DNA of 64,000 bases from Catajapyx aquilonaris (lineage: Eukaryota). The notes under the pieces are model-generated. The model was given only the letters and a program-made list of their open reading frames with translations. It did no database searches and had not been told where the DNA came from. Positions within the stretch are counted from its first letter, which is position 1. Each line of letters opens with the position of its first letter. This document shows positions 40,332 to 52,549 of this stretch, piece by piece. The stretch spans positions 62,001-126,000 of the forward strand of contig KZ538035.1 in assembly GCA_000934665.2 (NCBI GenBank), written 5' to 3'. A program made the translations under genes and the position numbers.

Positions 40332-41461
40332 AATATTGAATCACCCTGTATTACCTGCATATCAAAAGTAACTTCTGTCTGACCCTGTTAGATTAACATT
40401 CCCCAACAATCAGCAGAGCCACATGATGGCCAAGTTTGAGTTACTGCGCTGGACAGAAACGCACCTGACTCAATAGAAGTATTTTGCGAACCATGACACC
40501 ATATTTCGTAGGCCAATATCTAGCATTCTTGATGCCACCCCCGTTCCTTTGCCTTTTGGTCACTACTAGATCTTTGTCTGGCCCACGCAGGTGTTGAATC
40601 AGCTACAAACATTAAGGCACATTAATTCCATTTTTCAGCTACTTTGGCTATGTGAGAGATCTCATTGTCATGTCACTCCCAACCGGTAGTCTGTAGTTTA
40701 AAAGATCAGGATGTGTGTGGAGTTACGCAAACTCTCTATCGTGTACTAATCTCTCCGGTGTTACCCCCGGCCATTATTGGGGCTGTTCTGGTCAGTACCC
40801 AAGTTTCAATTCTACTATCACAGTTAGACCTGTTCCACTCATGCTACAGATAATTGTCACTTACTAATTCAAGTAGATTATTATTAATGTTATTAGAAAA
40901 GTAACTGATCAGTTATGAGAAAATTATTGATTTGTTAAGTCCCAATCCCAGTCACAGGTGCACTTATTGCTCCAGTACATAAACCCTCAGGTGAGGATGT
41001 GAAGTGCAGCAGTATCTACGGCCATGGACTTTTTCCAGTACTGTTGTCTTTATTACAAAACAGACGCATTATTTTATTCACTACACATTGCACATGTTAC
41101 ATGACACACTACACAATAGTGCAGTATCAGTGATCTGATTAAGTCACAATATCTCCTTTCTCAGAGCGACCTGGGACTTCAGGGCTGTCATGACAAAGTA
41201 TTTTGCATCTGAAAAATACGTAAGAACTAACAAAAAAGCATTATTCTCATCAACATGCATTTCACATTACTTAAATCCACCAGCTGATTGTATCATGCAT
41301 TTATTTCTGTATGGTTTCAAAAATGGCAACAATAAAATGGCACTTGTATCTCCATCTATATAAATGTCAGTTATTAAAAGTGTACAATGACCCACAAAAT
41401 GTTAAAACTGTATAAAGGTTAAGACCCCCAAAAATGACTTGCAAAAGAAAGCCCTGTCATC

Positions 41462-44400
41462 CTATAAATCTTGATAGTATGGGCTCATACGAGTGGAATA
41501 CCCAGAGGGAAACCCCACAGCCCTCATTGGAGTAGTGTTGGCATATAATCTCTCCTGAGCCACCACCGATCGTAAGGGTGTAGTCCACAGCACATCAGAG
41601 GTAGGGAGTAGCGATGCCTTCAAGTTTGGACCCTTGCGGTTCTCCATGCTGCCTGTGCTGTTGTGAGTGGCTGCTTGCCTTTCTTTTAGAGGGGACCATG
41701 GGCTACCGACTGGAGTCCCACCCTTGCCCCCAGTCATGGGCCGTCCCTGAGGAGTAGCAACACCTTGCCTGTTTTCCTTCTCTGCAAGTAGCTGTGATTT
41801 CCTCTTGGAAGATTTCCTGCGTTGCATCACTTCCAATTGCTGTCCCTTGGACAACTGCCCCTTATTGATTGACCTCACTTGCTCCGAGACCTTCCCTGCA
41901 TTCATCGCTGCAAGTTGAGCAACAGATGGCCTGCCTGTAGTTGGACACTTCAGCTCACCACCAGTGGAAGAGTGAAGAAATACCTCATGGGCACTGCGCC
42001 ACTGCAAATAAGAGGAGTGAAATGTGGTTTGGAAAATAACTCAAATGAAAATGTGTAAAAGCTCATGGCCCTCAATCCTAACCTTATTTTTATTACTCCT
42101 GGCAGGAGTAATAAACATGGAAGTAGGTGCTGAAGTATTGGCAGTTGGCCTGTTCTTCTCAAATCTGTCAACAGTTTCTTGCACAGATGACCTCCGCCTC
42201 TTGACTACTACACTGCCACCTGATGATGAGCAGGGAGGTGGTGCATTGGGTTTGGGCAAGCCTGTGGCCACAGTGTTGGGTCTGCCTCTCCTGAGCCCAC
42301 CCACCCTCCCACCTCCTGCATCCTGTGAGGATCCAATAGCCACCAACTCTCTAGATCTCCTCCTGAGAGCTCCAATTTTTCTTGCACAGGGAGACCTGCT
42401 CCTTTTCCTCCCCACTGTCACACCTGCAACCTTCATCCTCCTACTGCCTCCACTCTCAAGCTCATCAGTGGCAGCAACGGTGCGGCAATATTCATCCTGC
42501 ACCTGCAACCGTCGCAATTCCTCTGCAAGCATAGACTGCTGGCCTTGGGACAATAATGCCCCCTCATCTTCCTCCCCCTCTTCCTCTGTAGCTACCAAGC
42601 CGGAGTCCACACTAAGGCCTCCTGGAGTGCCTTCAAGATAAGAAATTACTGGCATACCTCCTCCCACTGTTAAGGGAGTCTCCCTGACAGAAACAGCATT
42701 TCTTGCTTCTCTATGGCTGTTTATACCATCCTCTTCATCTGAGAGGCATATCATAGCATCTCCAATGTCTGTTTCATTGGTTACACAAGGAGATGCAAAT
42801 GCAGCAGGAGGAACAGATAAGTCCTGCGTCAATGGGATAGCCTGAGGAGAAAAGCTCAATTTTAAAAATTAGAACAAATAATAACGTGGTTAGGCAGATG
42901 ATTTCGCCAACATTACTATATTTTAGGGAAGATGTAAATCCCTGCTTTCTTTTGTCTTATTTCTTAAGTCACTGGCATCTAAATGAGGCTGAAAACACCA
43001 TTATCAGATTGCACCTACTCTCATGCATTTTAACCCTCCTGCCACCGCATGTGAATTATAACACGCATTGGGAAATATTCAGATCTCTGATCTGAAGGTT
43101 AATTAAGCCTTCTCAGTGGTGAACATGAACATAAGGGTGGGCAGAAAGTAACTCCCTATTAAAAAGATGTAATAACTTAGTCAAATATTGCCCAGTTTTC
43201 ATGAAACAAGTTTTATTTTGTAACTTCCAATGGGAGAATTTGTCTGCCAACTTAAAATTCCACATAGAAACGAGAGTTTTCCATCAATATCTGTAGGTGA
43301 CTCGGAATGCCCGTGACAGACTGATATGCATGTAATTGCCCAGAACATCGCAAATGCCCAACCTCACAAGAAAAAGTCGTAGTACGTAAGGTCAGGACTT
43401 CGTGCTGGCCAATATTTCGGACCATCCAATGACTTGGTGATTGTTTATCCAGCTGCGCATGGACAGTCAATGCGAAATGTGGGGTGCATCATCTTGCATG
43501 AAGATATGGTTGAAGTTATCCCATTGTGTGATGATCAGCCATAATTGACCTTGCAGCATGGAAAGATACAGCTCTCCATTCAGGGTATTTCGAAGGAGGA
43601 AGGGGCCACGAAGTGGAGAGAGCAACTCTCACGCACGCTAAGTTGATGAGCCATTTCAACTACTTGCATTACTGATTCTGCCATCTGGTAGGCAGGCATA
43701 ATATAAATTCTCCCATTGCAAGCTACAACACAAAACTTGTTTCATGAAAATCGAGCAATATTTGACAAAGTTATTACAAGTTTCTAATAGGGAGTTACTT
43801 TATGCCCACCATGTATACATGTGCTACCTGTCCTTATGCACTCTGCTCTGGTGAGTTGGAGTAATTCTTGGCCAGATTGTGAAACATAACAATTAAATTT
43901 AACACTGATTTTGATTCAGGAACATAAGATTCTGAATGGAAATTTTGAACTAAAGTATGAGTTGTTCTCCTGATCTACCATTTGTACACCCACAATTGTG
44001 TTACACTTTCCTCAAAGTGTGTAAGGAAAGTGTTAGAATAGGAAGTAAAGTATGACCCCCTCCCCTGTACCAGAGGACAAGGACATGTCCCCTGAAGATG
44101 CCAGTTTTCAAAATGACAGCTAGTAAAAAAGTGTGATTAGTAGGCATGAGCCACTCCAGGCACCTTCAAAAATCCTAGTACAGACAAGTTAGCAGTGGGA
44201 CGAAAATTCCATCCAAATGCTTTTTAAATTCTGTCTTTGAATTAACATTCTGAAGAAATTGAGGCCCTTAGCTGGTACAATTCCTAGCCAAGATTTTCCC
44301 ACTACCCGTTCATTTTTCACAGATCTTCAAATTAAGTTGTTTTTAAAATATATTGCAATGTCAAGGTCAGACTAAAGGCCAAGCCACACCACAAAGGTCC

Positions 44401-47400
44401 TACATGTCTGAGCTAAGAGTTCAAATACCTTTGTTCTCTTCCTATTGTTAGCCATGTCTTCCCAAACAAATCAAATTTTTGTGCACGTGTAATTGCTTTA
44501 ACAGCATGTTACAGGATGCAATCTTGTATGGACAATGTAAATGATAGTGGCAGGCCATCTGTCAGCAAGACTTCCCATAAAGAAACTAAGTTTGGAATTC
44601 TGCCCAGACATCCACTGTCAATATCAAATCCTTTTACATCACTACATGGGGCTTATATTTGAATCAAAATATGAAAATTTGCTTCATAACGAGTTTGTAT
44701 AAATCGCAGTTAAAACTGGTACTCTTGATCAAGAAATTGGCACATGTTACATATATAATCATGATATTAAATTAACACAATCAGTGCCACTTATACAAAC
44801 CATGTTGTTGGCACTAGTGGTAAGGAGTGGGCTGAGGCTGCTTCTGGACAAGCAGGTGCTCTCCCCAGACAACCTCCGGCCTACATAAGAATCTGTCTTC
44901 TAAGCCAACCAGCACAAAAGCAGCATGCAAAGATAACACTGATTAGTAATGCCACACAGCAGCGTTAGTTTGGCACATAAAAACACGAATTGACACAATC
45001 TCACCTGTCTTTTGCCTCCTTTCTTGTCACCACATTTAGATACAGACAATCTAAAATGGAAATGGGCAGGCATATAATTATTCAGCATTTGAATTATTTA
45101 AAAGCAACATACCGTTTGTCTGGTTTGTGCCTAGTTGAAAAGAACTTTGGTTTGTGCCTCCACTTCCCTCCCACCGGCTGGTCCTTTGGACTAGGTTGGA
45201 GAAAGATTCAAATAAATTAAATGGGGCTGGCTCAGGCACTAACCGGTAGGGCAGCGCTAGTGGGCGAAAGGTTATAGTTCAGTATCGTCAGGAGGGAATA
45301 CTGGTATTGTCCCGTCTACATTTCCATACAGGATGTGATTTCTGTTCACTTTCTGTTGGAGATGAAGCTCGAACCTTGCTGCGACAGTACGAAGCAAAGG
45401 TCCGAACCAGCAAAATGCCACAGTACTGTTGTGTACCGAGTTGCCGATGCAACATTTCCGGCCATCAATTTCCCAAAAACCCATCGCTTCGGAAACAGTG
45501 GCGAGTTGCCATCAAACGCGTGGATTCACGAACTGGAAATCTTTGAGATCAGGCTGTTCATGACATCGTCTGCCATTTGCACTTCAAGCCTGAGGACTAC
45601 AGAATTTGCGAGTTTGCGGTCGACGTGACCCTTTTGGTTTTGGTCTAGTCATGCCAAAATATATTTTCGACCCGTTTTTTTTCTTCTTTTCTCCTTATGT
45701 TCGCCCCTGCATCCTCTCCTTGCCCCTCTCTGAGAGGTTGCTGGGGCGAATATAGATGCTATGGGCAAGGTGGGGCAGGCCCCGGGCCGAGACGGATCGG
45801 GTACGGGCAGAATGGGTGGGTTTGGCCGCTGTGAGAGCGAGGCATAGCGGGCTCAAGGAGGAGTGGGGTCCACTCGCAGGGTTACCTCTGAAAATTCATT
45901 GCGGCCAATCTAGGGGTCACCTTGGTTTGACAGTGCCCCCGTTGTCGAGAGGATCTTCCGACGATGCCGTCGAGGTCCATATCGGCCATAAATAACCACG
46001 GTTTATTTTACAGGAGAATTTAATAGCGATTATGAGGGTAAAAAGTGGGACATACAGCCTCTGGGAGGGTGAGAATCTGGCGGGCTATAACCCAACGGGT
46101 CCAGAGTGTAGGGTTGTCTCTGAAAATTCATTCCGGCCAAACTGGGGGTCGCACGGGTGTGACAGTGCCCAAGTCGTCGAGGGGAGATTCCGACGTTTCC
46201 GTCTATGGCCATATCGGCCATAAATAACAACGGGTTAATTAACGGGGGAATTTTATTCTTTTCTTCTTCCCCTCATATTCGATATTAAATTCTCAAGTAA
46301 AATAACCGCCCGGTATTTACAGCTTATATGGACATTGACGGAATCCTCGGAATCTCCTCTCGACGATGGGGGCACTGTCACACCAGGGCGACTCCCAGTT
46401 TGGGCGGAATGAATTTTTAGAGGCAACCCTGCACTCTCCACCCGTGCATGCGGCCCGTAGAGAGAGAAAAACAATAACCTTTCACACACTAAAGCCATCT
46501 GTCGGCCGAACTTTTGGTGAGCCAGCCCTATTAAAACCTAGTACATGTACTGTACATACTGGTAGAAATGCCAATCATAATGTCAAGTGCAGTATCTTCT
46601 CTGCAATTTATTGTAATAGTCATATTGTTCCAGCTTAACAGTCCAGCCACTATGTGTATACCTAGCTAAATGAGTGACTCAACAAACCTTGGGTCATCCA
46701 TTACTGCAGGGGAGTCGGATGACTCCATAATCCCCGCTTGCAGGTGGAAAGATGTTGACCAATGTTTTCCTCCTGGTGTGAAAGGAGTACCTGGAAGCAC
46801 TGCACCAGCTTGAGGGAGGTGCTGTAGAACCATTCTCCTCTTCTTGGTGGACATAGTGGCAGCTGACACAGAATTTGCTATTTCAGAGGCAGCCCTTTTG
46901 AGAGTGGGATGGTTGGCATGAGGGGTGCAAACGGATGCAGGTGTCTTTGATGTGGGTGCAGGTGTAGCCAGAATAACAGATGAAGTTCCAGCTCCATTGC
47001 TCAAATCCCAATCACTCGATGATTCTTTGTGCCCCTTCTTTCCACGTAGGAAACCTGTCAACATTCCTGAAGAGAAAATTGCTTCAAGACATCTGGATGA
47101 CATCACAAACATATCCCATTCACCTCCACAAATTAAAATATACCACATTATGTTAAACTTACAATTATCAAAAAATTTACTAATAATGAATATGAATTAG
47201 TCACTACTTACGAGTGAGTGATCCACTTCGCCTCTTCTTCTTTGGAGGAGGTAATTGCTCAGATCCCAGCGATTCCAATGCCTCTCCTGCCATTTCTCTT
47301 GCCTCCCTCCTTTCCCTTACTTCATCCTCCACCTGTTGATGCAGTTCCTCCCAGACTACCCCAACCCTATTTGCCTCCTCAATCATTAACTGCACCACTC

Positions 47401-50400
47401 GAGTCCTCTCTTTAATTATGATTTCTGCACTCTCCTTGGTTTTCTCAGCTACTAGCTGGCTATCCTGGAACAAGTTGGGCCACCAGACGCGGGATAGAGA
47501 GTTCGAGTCCATCTTGTTGCCAGCATTTTCCATGACTTGCCTCAGAAGCTGGTATACAAAATACAACAATGTGGCATTACCCAATTTCACTCTCCCCATC
47601 CCTTCTCTGCATGACTAATGCGAACAGTTATACTGTAATTAAATGCCATTTTAAACAACCAAGTACCTTGTTCATATTCTAGCCAACCAACCTAACAGTA
47701 GGGAAGCCTTAGTCCTGTTTCACAACTCGGCGATGAGAGAGCGGGGCGTGTGGGCCTCCTGCTCCTCGCACGCAGAAACCCCACCCAGTTGGACGTGAGG
47801 GCAACGCCTGCTCTCGGCCATCGCACACAGTATTTGTGAATAGCCCTTCGCAAGGTTTCCGCGCCCTGCTCTCGCAGAGCCGAGTTTGTGAAATAGGCTC
47901 TAGACTCATGATTTGCAGTGCAGGTTGATTCTGCCAGTCTTTACCAACCACAAAGTTTGACTTGGGCACAGACGTGAGAGGTGGGTCAATCTTTCAAATA
48001 AATTATCATCATACCTGCAGGAGATATGTTAGTGTGGCCAATTCCTTGGGGAGCATAAGCAATAAGAGGCTGTGCATGGCTTGCTTCTGCATATCATCAT
48101 CCATCCTCACTGCCCTGAAAGAAATCAAATACTGTACTTTCATTCACATTTTTAAGAGCAAGTGATATTGGCATCTACTCCACTTGACTTCCTTTTACAC
48201 ATCCCTGTTACATGTGGTGATAATCATAAGATTATATCCTAAACATGCACACTAAGGGCCGGTTTCACCGAGCTCAGTATATGATAAAACCAGGGTATTT
48301 CTCAAAATCCCTATCTATTTGTATGGATTTTCCTAAACAAACCTGGTTTTATCATATACCAAGCTCGGTGAAACCGGCCCTAAATGCCTGGAAAAGAGTC
48401 AAGGAAATATTTTAACTTCATGTAATTGTGAAACAATTTATTAAAATGCCCAAGAGTAGCCATTCTTTCTGAATTGGAACTTATATATCAGTAACAGCCA
48501 ACTCATATCAGCAATGTTCTTTGACAAGGAGTATGTATATTGTATTACTCTCACCTAGAGTTTGCTAGCATCAAGAAAGGTTGATCAGGGCAAGTTTTAA
48601 TTAACGAGATATTCCAGTACAAATATTTAACTTTAACTACTATTTGCCTTTCTAATGAGACCAGCACGTGGGAACTGGTCTTATTATTTCGACCTGACAA
48701 CCATCTGTAAAACTCCCTTAGAATAATTTCCCCCTTCACTCCTTACCTCCTCAAAGGTTCATGCAATGCCTTGGGTAAAATGGACTGAGGCATGGATCTG
48801 AAAAACTTTTTCAGTATGCATGCAACTTCCACAGCTCCTTCCCTCTCATCTGTCTTCTTCCCCTTCCCCATGGTCTCAAGCACAGAGGCCATCTTTTGTG
48901 AGGTGGTTGACTTTCGAAAGATCCCGTCTGTCTCTACCCCTCGCGTGCGGATCCAGTCCACCAGGTCTGACACAGCAAAAGGTATCTCCACAGAAGCATT
49001 GCAGCCCTCCAAGATCACAGTCCTTCCAGGAAGACTGCCAAGTGGCTGACCAAATGGCCATGTGATAGGCTCAGCTTGACTCTGCAATTGTGCTCCTATT
49101 AGGCATTACTTGCCACAGAACATGAATACAATTCATACCCTTATCAAACACCGGGACATAAAGTAAAACATGCTTGTAATGGACCCTGGACATAGAGGAA
49201 AGAAGCCCGTAACATTTTTTTTTGTACCCGCATTGAATTTTCCATGCATTATGTCCCAAATAACAAAAACTCATTCAGAATTCAACAGATGAGTGGAACA
49301 GATAACTGCTACGAGCAGATTTGACTGGATTTGTCTAGTTTTTGGGTCCAAGGTGAACTGACCTTTACAATTATTTACACAATCTCCCCCTTGTTTCAAA
49401 CATGAAAAGACTATTCCAACTTTGAGATCCTTCATGGCAATTTTAAAATTATGGGAACTTGTCAGGTGACTGGCATAGACGTGCAATACTAAGCTAAACA
49501 AAACAACAAAAAATGTCATTAGAAATATTCTACTTGTACAGCACACCCCACATTTCCCCAGATTCAACCAACATTGCAAAATGCAAATCAAAAATCTTCA
49601 CGAGAGAAAAAGCAAAGCTGGAAAGTTCCAAAAAGAAGACACTCCCGATTATTATCTGGGTGCATATTATATGTGCATCGCCAAAACAAAGGAAAATAAG
49701 TAAACTGTAATGGTACATTTGTCCTTCATTTGAGTTGCTATAAGGAGGCCTCGATTTCAATTCCAGTGGAAGGAACAGGGATGCTGTTGTTTAGTTTTTC
49801 TGTCATCAAGCAACATTTGGAAGCAAAGATCAATTTATTAATTTCGTGGTGGCACAATGCATGACATCCAAGAAGAGACAATGTTGTAGAAAGTGTGCGT
49901 TCACGATCTATTTAATTTTTAATACGCGTGCCAGTCGGTACATCAATGTGGCCACACCACTCTTACATGTAGCCACTACAACGTACCTGGTGTCCAACAA
50001 GAATTGTCGCAGCGGCAGCGCACGAACTACAGTCTCTCGTGTCCCTGTGCTCGTAGATTGTAGATCATGCGCTGCCGCTGCGACAATTCTTGTTGGACTG
50101 ATAGTACAACATGTAGCCCTGGTTTCAGTGTGAATACCAGGTATGTACCTTGTGGGAAAACCCCTTTCCCCTGGTGAAGCTGAGCGTACGCTTGGAGTGT
50201 TGCCTGTGAACGGACTTTCCGCCGCTGAGCCTGCTCTTCACCCTGCTGCTGGCCCTGGTCCTGCTGTCGCCCTTGGCCCCGTTGTTGCCCTCCCCCCACC
50301 CCCCTTCCTCATTGCAGCTGCCTCCGCTCTCCCTGGCCCCCGCTCTGAGGCCCGGCCCGGCCAGTGCGTCCACCGCCTCGGGGCAGAGCTGGTCCCTGGC

Positions 50401-50505
50401 CGCCTCGGGTCCCACCCCGGCCAGCACCCCGCTCTCCTTCAGCCTGCGCACCAGCACCGCGGCCAACGCCGGCCTGTCCTCGTAGTAGTTCACGTGCACC
50501 TCCAT
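41462..50505 (-). CDS. ARHGAP11A: Rho GTPase-activating protein, ARHGAP11A-like, ~1009 aa
   Basis: Exons (minus): 50505-50149, 49081-48747, 48114-48015, 47548-47212, 47066-46688, 45190-45113, 45050-45005, 44899-44801, 42841-42083, 42001-41462, with consistent phases (small exons less certain). N-terminal RhoGAP domain: FGQPL, GVETDGIFRKS with the arginine finger, VACILKKFFRSMP, NKMDSNSLSRVWWPNLF. It is followed by KKKRRSGSL and a long S/T/P/basic disordered tail. Orthology is inferred from architecture. Confidence 0.8.
43134..43813 (-). mobile_element. Tc1/mariner (rosa/DD41D- or maT-like) internal-deletion derivative
   Basis: ~110-bp imperfect TIRs flanked by TA; minus-strand transposase remnants GPFLLRNTLNGELYLSML, IFMQDDAPH and YWPARSPDLTYYDFFL*G. 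Confidence 0.85.
45415..45600 (+). pseudogene. THAP zinc-finger domain fragment with in-frame stop
   Basis: MPQYCCVPSC..HQFPKNPSLRKQWRVAIKR..NL*..IVCHLHFKPEDY carries the C2CH signature with the conserved P, W and F; TGA at 45544-45546, where Trp is plausible. Confidence 0.85.
45871..46437. repeat. Three ~150-170-bp related units (two direct, one inverted) inside the THAP element
   Basis: Units at ~45871-46039 (+), ~46103-46252 (+) and ~46271-46437 (-) share GGGTTRYCTCTRAAAATTCATT..GACAGTGCCC..GTCGA..CCATAT.RGC.RTAAATA. Confidence 0.85.
47712..47900. mobile_element. Harbinger/Tourist-like MITE
   Basis: Imperfect TIR GTCCTGTTTCACAACTCGGC / GCCGAGTTTGTGAAATAGGCTC; TTA and TAG flanks; CpG-rich inside a CpG-poor intron. 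Confidence 0.55.
48256..48380. mobile_element. PIF/Harbinger (Tourist-like) MITE, 125 bp
   Basis: ~40-bp TIR GGGCCGGTTTCACCGAGCT..TATATGATAAAACCAGG; TAA TSD at 48253-48255 and 48381-48383. Confidence 0.9.
49992..50098. repeat. MITE-like inverted repeat in RhoGAP intron 1
   Basis: Perfect 31-bp arms GTCCAACAAGAATTGTCGCAGCGGCAGCGCA / TGCGCTGCCGCTGCGACAATTCTTGTTGGAC; TSD not clear. Confidence 0.8.
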
Positions 50506-50639
50506 CACCCCCCGCCCAGAACACCCAGAATGCACCGGACGGGGACACAACACTCCAAATTGGAAGAAGAAGAACTGAAGAAGAGTGAAGTGAAGACGAA
50601 AGGAGTGATCAGAAGATGGCCCACCACCCACAAGAGAAG

Positions 50640-50870
50640 AAAGGACGGTTCGAAAAGTGGCAGTTGGAAAACTTTCGAACCCAGCCAGCTGATAGCAACG
50701 CCGACCCTTGATTGGTCCGGAAGCAAGGACAGGCAAGGCAGGCCGAGCACTGCCGACCTCTGGTGGGACACGCATGCACTGCCCACTTACGGTACTCTGG
50801 TAAAATTACCAGGGTGCGTATTACACCATTACACTGTCATCGTACTCCTTCGAATTATGTTTGAAAGCGG
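50640..50870 (-). promoter_or_regulatory. RhoGAP promoter with CHR-like TTYGAA motifs, CCAAT box and ETS-like site
   Basis: TTCGAA at 50649, 50674 and 50849; TTTGAA at 50860; ATTGG (CCAAT on minus) at 50711-50715; CCGGAAG at 50717-50723. Lies in a CpG-rich region just upstream of the ATG. Confidence 0.45.
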
Positions 50871-51730
50871 ATGGAGAATAAATCACAGCTCGAAACACAG
50901 CTGACGCAGCCTTCGTCTCAACACGGTGGAGGAGTTCACCGAGTTTACACTGGTCCCCCTGGGTGAATTATAAGTTCAGCTTGGCGACATTCTTCTTTGT
51001 GTGCCGAAAAATTATTATGGTTCAAGCAATGTCATGCATTCCAGCAGCTGTTTGTACTCCCAAGTCCCAACAGCGTTAATGTCAACCATGGGAAGTAATA
51101 ATTCATTTATTACTGGCAATAAGTGACTGCAAGGTGACTGATAAATTTTATTGTTTCCTTGGAATTGCTTATTTATTTCCTCCATTCTTGATCATTTGTT
51201 GGAACAGCATGTAAAAATGAAATAAATATAACCATCTAGTTCTACACCAAACCTTGTGTGTAGGCTGTTGAAGCAAGCATGCACTCACACGCACCAACCC
51301 ACGTTTGTTTTCCACCTCCGCACTTGCATATGAAGGTTTTCTAATAAAAACAATGCACTGTAATAAAGACGGACGGCTGTCATTTTCCATATCAACTCAT
51401 TTTCAGTTACCACCAAATCATGGCAGCAATGAACTTGCACAAGACATGGAAAGGGAACGTACGTGATGATAACTCGACTGCTTGTGGTGTCAATTTCCCA
51501 AAAGAACAAAGAATACACCTTGCAAAAGGAACTGCAAAACACAAAGGAGAATCAGAAGGGGGGAATCTTTGGGGGGAATGGTGGTTGTAGCGTAGTGATG
51601 TATGCATTGCGATGTATTGACATGTTGCATAGTGATGAATGTAAATAAAGTGACTCATTGACTAGCTGCACTCCGAACAGTCGTACTTTTCCCTTGCTCT
51701 CCATTTCCCTGCCGTCCTACGTTCGGCAGG

Positions 51731-51997
51731 GATCATAACAGTGGTCTAGTGGCTAAGCTACTGTCCAGCCAAGCAGGAGGTCCAGGGTTCATATCCTGTC
51801 CCGCCCACCACCTTTGCTTGGTCTGGTCCTTTTCCACTTTTCCTCCTCTTCCCTGGTCCCTCCTGTGGCATAGATACATATTGCATCTGTATGTATTGCA
51901 TAGTATTATCATGTAAACCCTCACCATAGGGCATAGGCACTTGTGGCACACCTCCCTTGGTGGGGGAGATCAGCTAAGCTCACACAAAAGGGGGGGG
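51731..51997 (+). mobile_element. tRNA-related SINE (diverged)
   Basis: A box GTGGTCTAGTGG, B box GGTTCATATCC, non-tRNA 3' body; no clear TSD. Confidence 0.55.
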
Positions 51998-52549
51998 NAG
52001 GGACTGGGGGCTGGGCTTGAGCATCTCACAATTTAGAACAGTATAGTTCACTTTATTGTATGTACAGTACATTTTTCAATTACAAAAAAAAAGTTTTTGT
52101 TTTATACATGTGGAGGAACGACTTGGGTTTTCACCATTTACTTCAAGCCATCAGATATTGCACTAAACATAACTTGGCTGAATAATTGCATCCCATGAGC
52201 GGGAATAACATAAATTAGGTTAAAATGTATAAAAGGAGTAAGATAAAGAACAAAAAATGCACATTATAGATCATCCATGTGATGAATGCAAAAATCAATT
52301 TGAAGACAGAGAAGGAAGTTGCATGGGGGATTGTCAAGCGCCGAAGTCCAAGCATAAGTACCCATAAAATTATCATCAATCCACAATTAAAAAGTCTGCC
52401 TGTTGTAACATCATTTTCACTCCAACAATACCAACAATAACAAACTGTTCACATCACAAACACCACCTACTCAAGTGCAACTTAAAACCCCTTTTGTGTT
52501 GTTTTTCCTATTTTGGTTCTTCAGCAATTAAAACGAGATGGCAAAAGAT

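Larger units (their letters stand above)
45223..46529 (+). mobile_element. Non-autonomous THAP-bearing DNA transposon (ISL2EU- or Kolobok-like)
   Basis: TIR GGGGCTGGCTCA / TGAGCCAGCCCT, plus a subterminal inverted motif TAGTG.G.GAAAGGTTAT.GTT. Flanks are A-AT and AT-T (AT TSD), with TTAA also adjacent on both sides. Contains a THAP fragment. Confidence 0.75.

Noticed and set aside
42024..42641. 205-aa plus-strand ORF
   Set aside because: Antisense to a RhoGAP exon; the same applies to 30591-31064 (+) over PRP39 and 38997-39446 (-) over the cuticle-like gene.
45871..46437. Repeated units as a CRISPR-like array
   Set aside because: Units are ~160 bp, diverged and in mixed orientation, with no repeat-spacer periodicity or cas genes; the context is eukaryotic.
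50143..50904. 253-aa plus-strand ORF and other overlapping ORFs
   Set aside because: Antisense shadow of the GC-rich RhoGAP first exon and promoter; no recognisable domain.
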